Positions 11,270-22,095 of a stretch of 64,000 bases of DNA are shown piece by piece. The position numbers were made by a program, and so were the translations under genes. The number at the start of each line of letters is the position of its first letter. Within the stretch, counting starts at the first letter, position 1. The stretch covers positions 1,426,001 to 1,490,000 of the forward strand of contig AP026164.1 of NCBI GenBank assembly GCA_030295235.1. The letters run 5' to 3'. The notes beneath the pieces are model-generated. The model made no database searches. It saw nothing but the letters and a program-made list of their open reading frames with translations, and was not told the origin of the DNA. This DNA comes from Fistulifera solaris (Eukaryota).

Positions 11270-12334
11270 GCTCACCAAATTGCTCCTCGTCTTGACCACG
11301 TCGGCTAGTGCATCAGGAGATTTCAGGGTTCGAAACATCCCGGGCAGGAAATCGTCGAAGTTTCCCGTTGGCCCAATGGCAAGGCGCCTGACTACGGTCT
11401 GAATATTTTGTGGATGATGATTCGTTGCGGTCTTTCCTTTTGTTTGTCATCTTTCTCGTTCGAGCTAAGACTGGCATATGCCGGCAATCTATTGCTGCGT
11501 CGCTTGATTCTTCCAGTTTCATTCTCGACGAAAACTCTTTGAGGTGATTTGATGAAGAGATATTACTGTACCTGGTAAGTCGCTTCAGCGGAAAGAATGC
11601 CAGGTATCCAGAAATTTGAAAAGCCTTTCGTGATTTCATGTCTTATCGACTGAACATGACAGCACTACGGATTGGTCTTTTCAATGGCATACAGTACAGG
11701 TACAAGCATTCTCGATCTTGCTTTTGATCAATGCAAAATAATAAGGTTGCTGGACTGAGAGAATTGTGTGCTCTAGCAATAGAAAAATGGCAAAGGACGC
11801 GGTATTGACGCCAACATTTTCTTTGCGATGAGAAGGTGAGATTGCAGTATTACGAGGCTGAAGTCTGACTGCATGAGGATCTGATTGACGACCACTTCGG
11901 TTGCGTGTCGCATGTTGAAGGTGGCAAAGTCCTTGGTTGTTTGCAAAGCGGCGATGATCAAGAGTCTTGTGCCCGATTCTACTTCTCCCTTGTCAATGAA
12001 CAAGGGTTTTCGTAACTTGTACACTCCATAATGTCCCACTCGAACACTATCACTGGACAAGATGCCTTTTACGATCAGTAGCTGGCTCACTCACATTTAA
12101 GTTCAAAATACTCATTAATAGCTACTATTGATTATCGAGCAAAGATTGCTTTTCACCACTACGGTTATTCTTTTCCACCGACGTCCAAGCATGGCGAGAA
12201 AATCCATGCTGCCCAGTCCGATGGATAATAGGCGTTCGAGGATGGGGTTCTACTTCCAGAAAAGCTGCGGGATAGTAGTCTTTTCGAAATTCGGATTCTC
12301 GGCTCAAATAAATCAAAGCAACGGCGACCAGAAA
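11270..12334. repeat. Right arm of the inverted duplication (partner 4101-5185)
   Basis: Reverse-complement match to the left arm. Confidence 0.9.
11312..11397 (+). pseudogene. Degenerate second copy of the permuted tRNA-Arg(ACG)
   Basis: The 5' half (11362-11397) is identical to copy 1. The 3' half (11312-11351) is 4 nt longer, with a disrupted T arm (TCAGGGTTCGAAACATCCCGG) and an acceptor mismatch (GCAGGAA). No upstream TATA. Confidence 0.75.
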
Positions 12335-12940
12335 ATAAGATAATCCCAAGAGTGCTTCCAGCAATCCTTTCAAGCTCCAGCAAAGGGATGCCATGAAGAA
12401 GAGCAGAGCGGGCCTTCCGACCGGATGAAACACCACGCCAAAATAATCTTCCAGCATTTGCCTCGTTTCCATACCACGATACGTAGTCCACGCAGTTCCT
12501 TCTGTCACACCGGATGCAAATGAATGTTCATCGTCGCCATTATTTGTATTGACGCTGCTCCGTATCGGCGACGAAAGTAGTAACGCATCGGAAAGACCGA
12601 GCAAGAAAGCCAGAAACGCCAAGTAAACGGACAAAATCAACCGCGTCCATTGTAGCATAATTAAATGCCACAGCCACGTCCACAGCAACAAGAAAATGGT
12701 GGCCAAAGATAGAACAACAACGGTCGTCCGCAATTGTTTGATACTTTCGTGTACGGCGCCACAAAACGAGTATTCATACGAGTTTGTTAGACCAATATTG
12801 GGTCGGAGTCTGGCGTTTCCGTACCACCAACTCCTCGGTATATCATCATCGTGCCGTATAGTTGGAGCTTCTACGGACCGGCCTCCTGTTTGATAGGATC
12901 GTAGTAAAGGATCGTCTTGTGAAGGATGCGGATAGGACAT
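12125..12940 (-). CDS. COPI-associated / Tvp15-like multi-pass membrane protein
   Basis: About four hydrophobic helices and the motif YFGVVFHPVGRPALLFFMASLCW, resembling the family FGFL...GR....F pattern. Confidence 0.65.
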   Translation of the reverse strand: MSYPHPSQDDPLLRSYQTGGRSVEAPTIRHDDDIPRSWWYGNARLRPNIGLTNSYEYSFCGAVHESIKQLRTTVVVLSLATIFLLLWTWLWHLIMLQWTRLILSVYLAFLAFLLGLSDALLLSSPIRSSVNTNNGDDEHSFASGVTEGTAWTTYRGMETRQMLEDYFGVVFHPVGRPALLFFMASLCWSLKGLLEALLGLSYFLVAVALIYLSRESEFRKDYYPAAFLEVEPHPRTPIIHRTGQHGFSRHAWTSVEKNNRSGEKQSLLDNQ

Positions 12941-13427
12941 TTCTAAGTATTGAAAAATGAAATAGCCGCCGAACGAGACTGGGTCGTAGAATCGGAAGCA
13001 CAATTTGTGGAGCGTCAACTCAAAGCTTACAGATAAATCGCGGGTAGATTGTAAAGTTGTTGTGTTGTTTATTGTTGTTTGTTACCTGGTATGGTTCTTG
13101 TCGCGAAAGCTGAAAGGCGTGAGAAGCACGACGAAAAAAAAACGCCAAAGATCCAAAATAGGTTATCCTCGACAGGGTTAAGGGTCTTGGTTCACGGGGA
13201 CAGTAGCCATTTTGAAAAAGAATGAGTCGTCGTCTGCCTGACGCAACCATAACTCGATCTTCTAGTTTTTACTTGTGTATCCATGTTTTAGAAAAACAGA
13301 AAATCCCTACCAGGACGGTTCTGATGTGCATGTATACTTGACTATTAAAAACATCTCGTCAAGGCTCTTTACTCGTGACTGCAATACAGTCGTAGCGAAG
13401 TACCCTCTCAACAAATTTGTACCATAG

Positions 13428-13547
13428 GGGAATGTTCCAAATCCCTCTTTTTCTATATTTTCGGCTCCACACCCGTGATAAATGCAATGTATGAGAGGGG
13501 ATTTGGGGTCCCGTTTTTACAAAAAGGGGGGATTTGGAAATCATCCC
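13428..13547. mobile_element. 120-bp MITE with 9-bp target-site duplication (Mutator-like)
   Basis: TIRs gggaatgttccaaatccctcttttt / aaaaaggggggatttggaaatcatccc, flanked by the exact direct repeat gtaccatag at 13419-13427 and 13548-13556. Confidence 0.8.
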
Positions 13548-14003
13548 GTACCATAGTGAAAGCTGCAGTAGATCATACACAAAGATTTCTCGACCATGAA
13601 AGAAAATGACCTGAATGTCGAGATCGAGATGAAGCATTCAGATTCTGAGAACTTTGAAGTAAGTGCTGTCCATAATGCTTCTTTCGGCCCGATTTACATC
13701 GCACTTTGATATCTTAACCTTTCCATTTTTGGGGGTCTCGGATCACGAATAAACGGGACAAAAGAATTTTTCGTTGACGTCTAGCTGACGTACCGTAAAC
13801 CAGTCATCCTTCTCTTTGCATTTACAGTCGCCGATGGATTTCTCTCCACCGTTACTGTCAAAGTTCCCTCTTTCGAGCGGCAAAACGCTTTCCATGTCAA
13901 AGAGAAAAAGTGTTTTTCATCCCATGAAAGTACAAACGTGACGAAAATCATCATCTTTCATAAGAACGCAAAACACTTATTGAAACTCTTTTTTTTATTG
14001 CAA

Positions 14004-16603
14004 ATGACCAACTTCCTCCCAACTTACACCGCCTCCCGGTTGCTAGCCGGCGGTGATTCCGAGTTCGGTGTGCACATCGAATACACGGATCTCTATGGTG
14101 CGGTCGTCTTCTTCGTGTGCATCTACTGCGCCGGTCAGTTTGCGTCACGAGTGTTAACGATGCCGGCGTTAGTCGGCGAAATCTGTTGCGGTATTCTGCT
14201 CGGTCCGCAATTGGTGGATTATGTCCCGAATCCTGAAGCTTGGGTTCTGTTTGGAGAAATCGGGTAAGTCCTCTTTTCGCAGCAAGATTTTCATCTATCT
14301 GTTTCTGATGTCCTCCCTATTTACAGCTTGATCCTGCTTGTTCTGGAAGCCGGTATTGATATCGATGTGTCGACGCTCAAACTAATCGGAACCCGAGGTT
14401 TCATGATTGCTGTAGTAGGAAGTATCCTTCCGATAGGAATTGCTACCTCCTTGGCGTTAGCTCTGAACGGAACGGGCGATGTGAAAGCCGCTATTGCGGC
14501 CGGAGCGTCTTTGCTCCAACGAGTCTGGGGATCGCCCTCAACATTCTCCGTGCGGGTGGTATTCTCAATACTCCCGTCGGTCAATTAATTATTTCGGCCG
14601 CGGTCATTGATGACATGATCGCTTTGATCATTCTTTCGCAATTGGAGTCATTGTCGGGGACGATCGACGCAACTAGTATTCTTATTCCTATCGTATCGGC
14701 GTTTTGTTTTTTGATTATTGGGGGTATGTGTCTCTTTTCATTATTCCGCCTTTACTCAAGGCGTACGTCTTGCCACGATTCGACGATGCCGAACAAGGAC
14801 GGGTAGAGATGATCGTCATGTTTGCATTTTTGCTCGGCATGATGCCGGCAACCTATTACGCCAAGGCCAGTTATTTGATGGGAGCTTTCGTGACCGGTTT
14901 GGCTTTTGCACGTCCCATGAGTTGCATGTTACTTTTGTTCGACAGTTCAAGCGTATTCTCCAATGGTTGATGCGGATATTCTTTGCCGCGAGCATCGGCT
15001 TTCAGGTACCGATCAAGGACTTTGCGGACGGTGTTGTCATATATCAGGGATTGCTTTTCGTTTTGGCTCTCCTCGGAAAATTGACTGTAAGTCATACACT
15101 TGCTTCTATCAAAATTCCAAAGCGGGCTCTCATGCATAACGTTTTCTTCTCCCATTTAGGTCGGCTTCATGGTGCCCAATTTCACGCAGAGTCGCTCTTT
15201 TACGGAACTGCACCTCAGAGATTGTCTCATTACTGGCTTTAGTATGGCAGCGGAGGGCGAGTTTGCATTCGTGATTGCTGTTTTCTCTGTTGATAGTGGA
15301 TTGATTAGTGAAAAGCTGTATGCGTCCGTAGTTTTGGCTATCCTCATTTCGACCGTTATTCCCCCATTCGCTTTGCGATTCACTATTTCGTATTACAACA
15401 GAAGGGCAGAGAAAATGATTGAGAAGATTGCCAACGACGAGATGGAGCGTAATCATTTGCTCGAGGGAGAAGACACGCTGGCGCAACAAATTCAGCTCAA
15501 GCGCGCGGTCTTTCTGTGTATTCAAACGCAGTCTCTCGGTCGTTGGGGGCTAATGCATGAGCTCATGTCAACCATGGCAAAACTCGGGCTCGATATCATT
15601 GATCACAGAGCTTGGCGTAAGTAATTGTGTGCTGGTAACATGCCTGAAGGCCACTTAGCATCTCACTCGTTGTCTTTCTGTTAGATCCAAGAGGTATCGA
15701 TACAACGTTGGTAAATGAAGTCTATACGAAAGACTCGATTCTCTTGGATGGAACAGGAAAAGCAGAGGAGTCTCTGAAGGAACGCCTCGTTGATATTGAA
15801 TCGAAGATTCGACAAGTTGTTGGTGAAGAGGCTACGGTCAGAGTCCAGCGCTGGTATCCTGGCGTTGTTGAAGAGATCATAGAGCGAACTGAGGAGCGAT
15901 CGAAAAGTCAAAACCAAAAATATCCATTGAACAGAGGCTTTTATCCGAAGCCGCTGCGCAACTTGATCGTAAGCAGAACCTTCAGATTAACGCCACAAAA
16001 CAGAAATCCGTAGACGAAATTCTGAAAATGATGGATGGAGAAAAAGACCCCAAAAACATTGCTTTCTCGTCTTTAGAGCTCGAAACCAAAGATCAGGCGC
16101 CTCGACGAAGAAGGCGTCAGAAAATGAGGAGCACGCCCGTGATTGGGGGAGACCTATTTTCTGAGATGGTTGGAGGATCACAAGCCGATGAGGAGGAAAA
16201 GAGCGATGCAAAGGACCGGAAGAAATCAAAGAATCCCTTTGATTTTGGAGTTTCAACTGGTCACAGAGCAGAAATCATTGTGGACGGTGAATCTTACGAC
16301 GTTACCATCAGTAATGATACAATCAAGTCACTCCGCACTGGATTCAGTGGTGACATGCTTGACAGTCGTGGTGTTTCCATCCATGGAGTTTCCTTGAGTC
16401 CATCGTCTGGCGCTGTAGCTAGTCAGCTGAAGGGGTATGTCCGTAATATGGGAGCCCTGCAGATGATTGAGGAGGAGGGTGGTTCTGAAACATCGAGTAC
16501 GTCGGGGCTTACGTGTGCGACACATACTGAGGTCAAGAAAGCCAGAACAAACGATGGAATCCCCCCCTGTGTAGTGATTTGTAATACGGTGTGTAGTCTT
16601 TAA
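14004..16603 (+). CDS. Cation/H+ antiporter (Na_H_Exchanger, CPA2-like) with cytosolic C-terminal region; introns near 14264-14327, 15087-15160, 15618-15684; several frameshifts
   Basis: MPALVGEICCGILLGP, GEIGLILLVLEAG, ISAAVIDDMIALI, IFFAASIGF and GEFAFVIA motifs across consecutive ORFs. Confidence 0.85.
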
Positions 16604-16645
16604 CCAAAAGTCAGTCGACATCAATCGAGTGCTTGCAATAACTTC

Positions 16646-18441
16646 CTATCTAATATCTGCATGTCTTTGCCGTGTTTGAAACTCGGCCAATTCTTTCTCC
16701 TGTTTCTGAACACGATCTATCAAATTTCTTTCGGCTTGTTGCTTCTCATTGTTCAGTGCCTCGGCGTCTAATTCGTTGACGAGGATTTCGGCCCCATCTG
16801 GTACACCATAATAAGCAAGGGTGCACTCGTCGCTTTCCATAGCAGTCGGAAACCCCTGATCGGGCGATGCTCGATAGTGAAGAGCTTGTAGGTCCAGATC
16901 CAGTCCAAAATATCGTGAGCAGAGTGCTTTGAGACGACCGACCGTCAGGTCTGCGGGAAAACGTCTTACCAAGGGTTCCATCGTGCAGGAGTTCGCAGCC
17001 ATCGACCGGATGGTCACACTCACTATTGAGTCAATCAAAGCCTTACTTGAACCATTCGAGCCCGAAATTGGCTGCGCACCTTCGACAAAGTCAGGGTGAT
17101 TTGTAGTCCAAAAGATGTACTGTGGGTTATCATCTAATTTCAGGGATGTATTCGCTGGATCTGTCTCTTGGTTTTCTTGCTGCATTCGTCGAATAGTTCG
17201 TACAAACCAGCGCGCTGCATCTTTTCGTTCGGAATTCGTAATGAGACTCCCGTTCAACATTTGCAGCTTGGGTAAGTGACCGATCGTAATCATGCGGGCT
17301 CCACCCGATCCCAAACCGTTTTGAAGAGGACAATTGCGTAGCCGCAACCGATTCAGCTTCGGTAGATGATGCAATGGAACGGTCAATTCCTTCCAATTTT
17401 TCCATCCCGTGCCAGCCAGTTGTAGATTCTCGAGTGACGAAAAGTGCTGTTCGGGGTCGAGACCATCCCAGTTCTCTAAAAGAGGATTGTCATCTAAACT
17501 CAGTGATTCGAGTTTCGGAAGAAAGGCCCAAGCCAGAACCTGGCTGTTTGTGTCGAATTCACAATGTGTACAGTCTAGGAAGGTAAGATTGGCAAAGACC
17601 GCGGCGAGAGGTTTGGCGTCGTCGCTTCGACATTGAATCGGACAGTCCGCCAGCGACAACTCTTGCAAATGCGGAAACACGTACCCTAGTGCCATGATTG
17701 ATTCCACTGACTTGATCTCGGTCTGTCGTACATTCAAATGAGTCAAAGAGAGACACTGTGGCATGTCATCTGGGAACTCGACGTCGCCCAATCGATTGCA
17801 GGCTAAACTGAGATTCCGCAAATTCGGGAGGACATGAAGGAGTGTGGCAACATCTTTCCAGTCGAATAAAGATTTCCGGCTAAATCAACTTCTGTGAAAT
17901 GATTTAGCGATGACCAGGATTCACTTTTCTGTACAGAAGAAATACCCCAGCGTCGTAGCGACACGGTCGTCAAATCTTCGAGCTGCTGTTGCGATCGAAT
18001 TTTCAATTCTCCCAGAAATTCTACAACTTTATCATTCCGTCCAGAAGCCGTTTGTACAGTATGTGGTAGTAAATTGTGGGGAGCAACAAGCTCGTCGGAG
18101 TTGAGTGTCACATATCGTTCTCGCAATAACAACGGCGACAATTCGACTCCACCATCCACTTTTCCGATCCGTAAGAAACTCCCCGATGTTGGATGCGGGG
18201 CGTGAAAATGACGCACTAAATTTCCTGTCGTACGATCGACGACGCTTCCATCGTGTTTCCCGCGCGAGAAATCATCCCAAACGACGCCACAGTATATTTC
18301 GGTTGGGTCTTTCGCCGACGCGACTGGCCCGATGTAGACGACGGTTGCCGTACATCCGGAAGCGTCCCTGATTCTTGTTTTTCCGATGTGCCAGGTACGA
18401 TTTGTGACTTCATCCCGTATTATATTGCTTGATTTGTCCAT
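16646..18441 (-). CDS. TBCE: Tubulin-folding cofactor E (CAP-Gly, LRR, ubiquitin-like); frameshift near 17865
   Basis: ATVVYIGPV..GVVWDDFSRGKHDGS (CAP-Gly), LRRs, and a C-terminal UBL (LTVGRLK..LAYYGVPDGAEILV). Confidence 0.9.
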
Positions 18442-18638
18442 TTTACGCTCTCAATATTAGCCTCAAACGTATTATCGTTACTAGGTACTGGTAAGCTACT
18501 ACGTATGAACATGCTACCAGTCGTTCGAGAAAAAACGGCGAAAGTGGGAACGTCGTCTGGGCGTCGACACGCCGTTTCCCGCTAGGTGAGTGCTTCAGCA
18601 AGATCGACCACATCAGCTCATGGCAAAAATTATTATAC

Positions 18639-19235
18639 CAAAAATGTCAACATTAATTTCACCAACAAACTAGATTTGTCGTAACAAACGATAAGCGTCA
18701 TCAGTGGGATTCAAAACAAAGAACAATGACGAATGATGCAACGCCTCGCAATTCTACTTACGTTTCACGTACAGTAGCTCTCGTGGGAAATTTTTCGACC
18801 AGACCCCGTACCAGGTACCGGTACCTGGTACTTGTATTTGGTCTGCTTGACACCAAATGTTATAATTGGTCTCGCCAGAGCAGAACATAGTGTTCTTTAT
18901 TTCTATCACCAAACGATAAACGACATCAAGGCAATTCAAAATGTGTAAAAGAGAATAATGCAACGCCTCGAATTTCTACGTACATTTCACGTGGCTCTCG
19001 TAGGAAATTTATCGATTTAGGGGGGTACCCGGGTACAAAGTATCAAAGAAATTCGGCCATCGGCCACCTCAATTTGAAAAGTCCTTTTCCCAAAAATGTC
19101 AAAGCTAACTTCACAAACGTACCTTATTTATTTGTAGCCACTCTAGCAATAAGCGTGATCATTAGGAATTCAAAACGTAGAAAAGACGAACAACGCTTCA
19201 AAAGTCTACATATATCTTACTTAGCCCTCGTAGCG
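18639..19235. repeat. Degenerate ~220-bp tandem triplication with an embedded 24-bp perfect palindrome
   Basis: The block attcaaaa...caacgc(c/t)tc...tctac...ctcgt(g/a)g recurs at ~18710, ~18935 and ~19170. Palindrome gtaccaggtaccggtacctggtac at 18808-18831. Confidence 0.6.
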
Positions 19236-19418
19236 AATGAACTGCAATGAAATGAAACTTCATTTTTGGAACTGCATTATCTCAGTCAAATGTCGCGAGA
19301 AAAAAAGAATTCGCTGGGCCTTATTAACGATCATTTTTAATGATGCTTAAGACTTGGAAATTCTATAACAATATTTTGGTGGCTCTGACTGTTACCTGAT
19401 ACGTCATGGTCTACTAGT

Positions 19419-20344
19419 TTAAAGACCGGGGGACTCCATTGCGTCCACATTTTCCTTGGTTTTGCGAATTCTCAATACTTCAATCTCCATGATAAGACTT
19501 TGATCGAAGCGCTGGGCCATGCGTCGCTGTTCCGCGTAAGAGGTAGGGAAAGGCTGCTTCGTGCTGTCGAAACACGCCTCGGCAGCGACCATGGTTGCGG
19601 TGGGTACTAACACATAGTCAGTTTTTAGCTCGCCTCCCTTCCCGGAACCTCCTGGGCCTCCATCACATTCCCTACCCGGTTTCCGCCAACCATCTTGTGG
19701 AAATACTGAAATTCGTCGAACGCCGCTCTCTCTCATTCCAATCAAAGCGTTGTTTAACGCACGAATGTTGTTGTATCCCCCGACGACCGTTACGAATGTT
19801 TTGACGCCTGGTTTACTTTCATCATCTTCCAACCCATACCCTCTCGAAAAACGACGGTCCCTTCCCCGGATATACCATCATAACTGCGCTTGCCCAGCTT
19901 TAGAACTTTGTAAAACAGTTCTACTTCATCTCCATCAGCAACAAGATCACCATTACCTTCTTTGATATCAATATATTTAATCCCAGACGAAGTAATTTTG
20001 TAGGAGACTTCACTCGCTGCCGCCAATTCGCGTTCGGCTTGTTCGCGCTTCTCGGCGGCAGCTTGGCACTCTTCGACGTTCGTACATTTGGGTTTGTCGG
20101 CGACAGATATTTTTGGAGGCGGAGCGTTCCCTTTTACGAGAGCATTTGCTGGATTTGCCACGAGCATGACACTGGTAGCGGCGAAAAGATCTCGTCGAGT
20201 CCAGTATCCAGTGTCAGTCGGTTCATCATTATTATTTGTAAAAAGACTGGATGGGTTCTTTGGTCTGGGGTGAAGCGAAAGGAAACAGGTCACTCCCCGA
20301 CAAGTCAAAGATAGAGCAGCAAGGCAAACAAAAAGGCTCCACAT
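19419..20344 (-). CDS. Thylakoid-lumen FKBP-type peptidyl-prolyl isomerase (FKBP16-3-like); frameshift near 19848
   Basis: Signal peptide plus TRRDLF..ANA, then SGIKYIDIKEGNG, and IRALNNALIGMRESGVRRISVFPQDGW. Confidence 0.8.
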
Positions 20345-20856
20345 GGCCTGGAAACTGTTTCTCTTTGGATGAGCGAATTTGAATGAGAATAGAGCGCGTT
20401 GATTTCTACGTTTTTGTTTATGATGTTTATTGGTTTTCGGTTCAACGTTTCGCAGCTGACACAGTCGCGAAAAGATCTGTTGTGCGATGACGACGACTGA
20501 CTCGTGAAGGAAAATGATCATCCAGTCGTAAAAATTTGGTACACATTATTTTTAATAAGAAGTCTGCGAAAACCTTTGAATTTCTGTTCATTGTTTTGCC
20601 TCGCCATTCCCATTCCCATTGCCATTACCATTTGCAGCTAGTCTTCAAAATAAAACCAAGCAGCCATCGCCACAGTTGCTGTTGACTTGTAGGTGTGGTG
20701 TCTTTACGCTAAAGACAACAAGTCCACAGCAAATCTGTGGATGTTGTATTTCATGTGCCCAGAAAATTTAGGCGTTTGGATTGTTCAAGCCCCCAGAAAA
20801 TCTGTGGGAGTGGATACGTTTCCAGAAATTCTGGAGAAGTGGATATTTTACTTACC

Positions 20857-21092
20857 GAAAATCTGGGAGCGTGGTACCTGGTAATTTCACGTATCCAGAA
20901 AATATGGGTGTATGGTGTTTTCACATATCCAGAAAATCTGGGAGCGTGGTACCTGGTAATTTCACGTATCCAGAAAATATGGGTGTATGGTGTTTTCACA
21001 TATCCAGAAAATCTGGGAGCGTGGTACCTGGTAATTTCACGTATCCAGAAAATATGGGTGTATGGTGTTTTCACATATCCAGAAAATCTGGG
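20857..21092. repeat. Three perfect 75-bp tandem repeats built from CCAGAAAAT(C/A)TGG subunits; degenerate units from ~20730
   Basis: The same register recurs at 20865, 20940, 21015 and 21090. Confidence 0.95.
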
Positions 21093-21249
21093 GGAAATTG
21101 TTTGGAAATCGGCACACGAAACTGTGTCAGATTATTGCGTCGAGTTTTTTGCGAGGTGATTTTTTTGTCATCGTGATGTGAGAAAGCAAACGCCAAGTGC
21201 CGACGTATATTCCAATCTGACCTCCGTCCTCATCAGATAATAGCATACC

Positions 21250-22041
21250 ATGAAGTCGTGCTTCTGCCTTTTCCTTTCGCCACTCGCGCTGCCCTTTCTC
21301 TGCGATGCATGGGCGACAGGGCAGCCAAGGAAAGGGGCGGTAACGTCCAAACTGCTGGCGCGTCGCGACGACGGCAGTGAGGTTACTCGACGAGACACCT
21401 TGAAAGGACTTTCTGGCCTGGCTCTCTCGCCGATTGTCTTACCTGTCTCTGCAGAAGAGGGTGAGACTCTTTACGAGCCAAAGTTCATTCAACAATACGA
21501 AGATTTCAACAAGCTGCCGAGTGGTGTTTCATATCGAGACGTAAATTTAGGGAAGGGGCCAGAGGCAATCAAAGGCGACCGTGTTGTCTATGACTGGAGC
21601 GGATACACAATTGGATATTTTGGACGCCCGTTCCAAGCCAAAGGTGGTCCTCAGGTTCGTCAACTCGTATGTAGTCTTACCTATTTATTTGTCTATTAAT
21701 GTCCTCCTTTCTCACCCCACTATCAGGGAGGAGCCTTTGATAAGGATCTAGATTACGAACGCACAGTACTCGGTTCCCATCAAATCGTACCTGGCCTAGA
21801 AGAAGCATTCTATGGTATGCAAGCGGGGGGCGTCCGGCAAGTCGTTGTTCCTTATAAGGTATCGTATCCGGCAGATGATTTGAAGCACGAAAAAGTTGGT
21901 CCCAAACCTAGCACTTTTTCGGGCATGAGAGCCCTCAATTTTGTATTGGAAAACCCTCGACTCGACCGGACGTTATTATTTAATGTAAAAGTTGTGCGCA
22001 TCGACAAACCCAACGGTTCTGGAGGGTTCACGAGAGGCTAA
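21250..22041 (+). CDS. Thylakoid-lumen FKBP19-like PPIase; intron 21655-21726
   Basis: Signal CDA-W, TRRD twin-Arg, VVYDWSGYTIGYFGRPF, GLEEAFYGMQAGGVRQVVVP, GPKPSTFSGMRALNFVL. Confidence 0.88.
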
Positions 22042-22095
22042 TAGAGCCCAATCATAACTTGTTACCTCAAAGAATTCTTCGATTAGGTTTCCTTA

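Noticed and set aside
20857..21092. CRISPR-like array of palindromic repeats
   Set aside because: The intervening sequences are identical rather than unique spacers, there are no cas genes, and the context is eukaryotic. It is a tandem satellite, and ORFs across it are artefacts.
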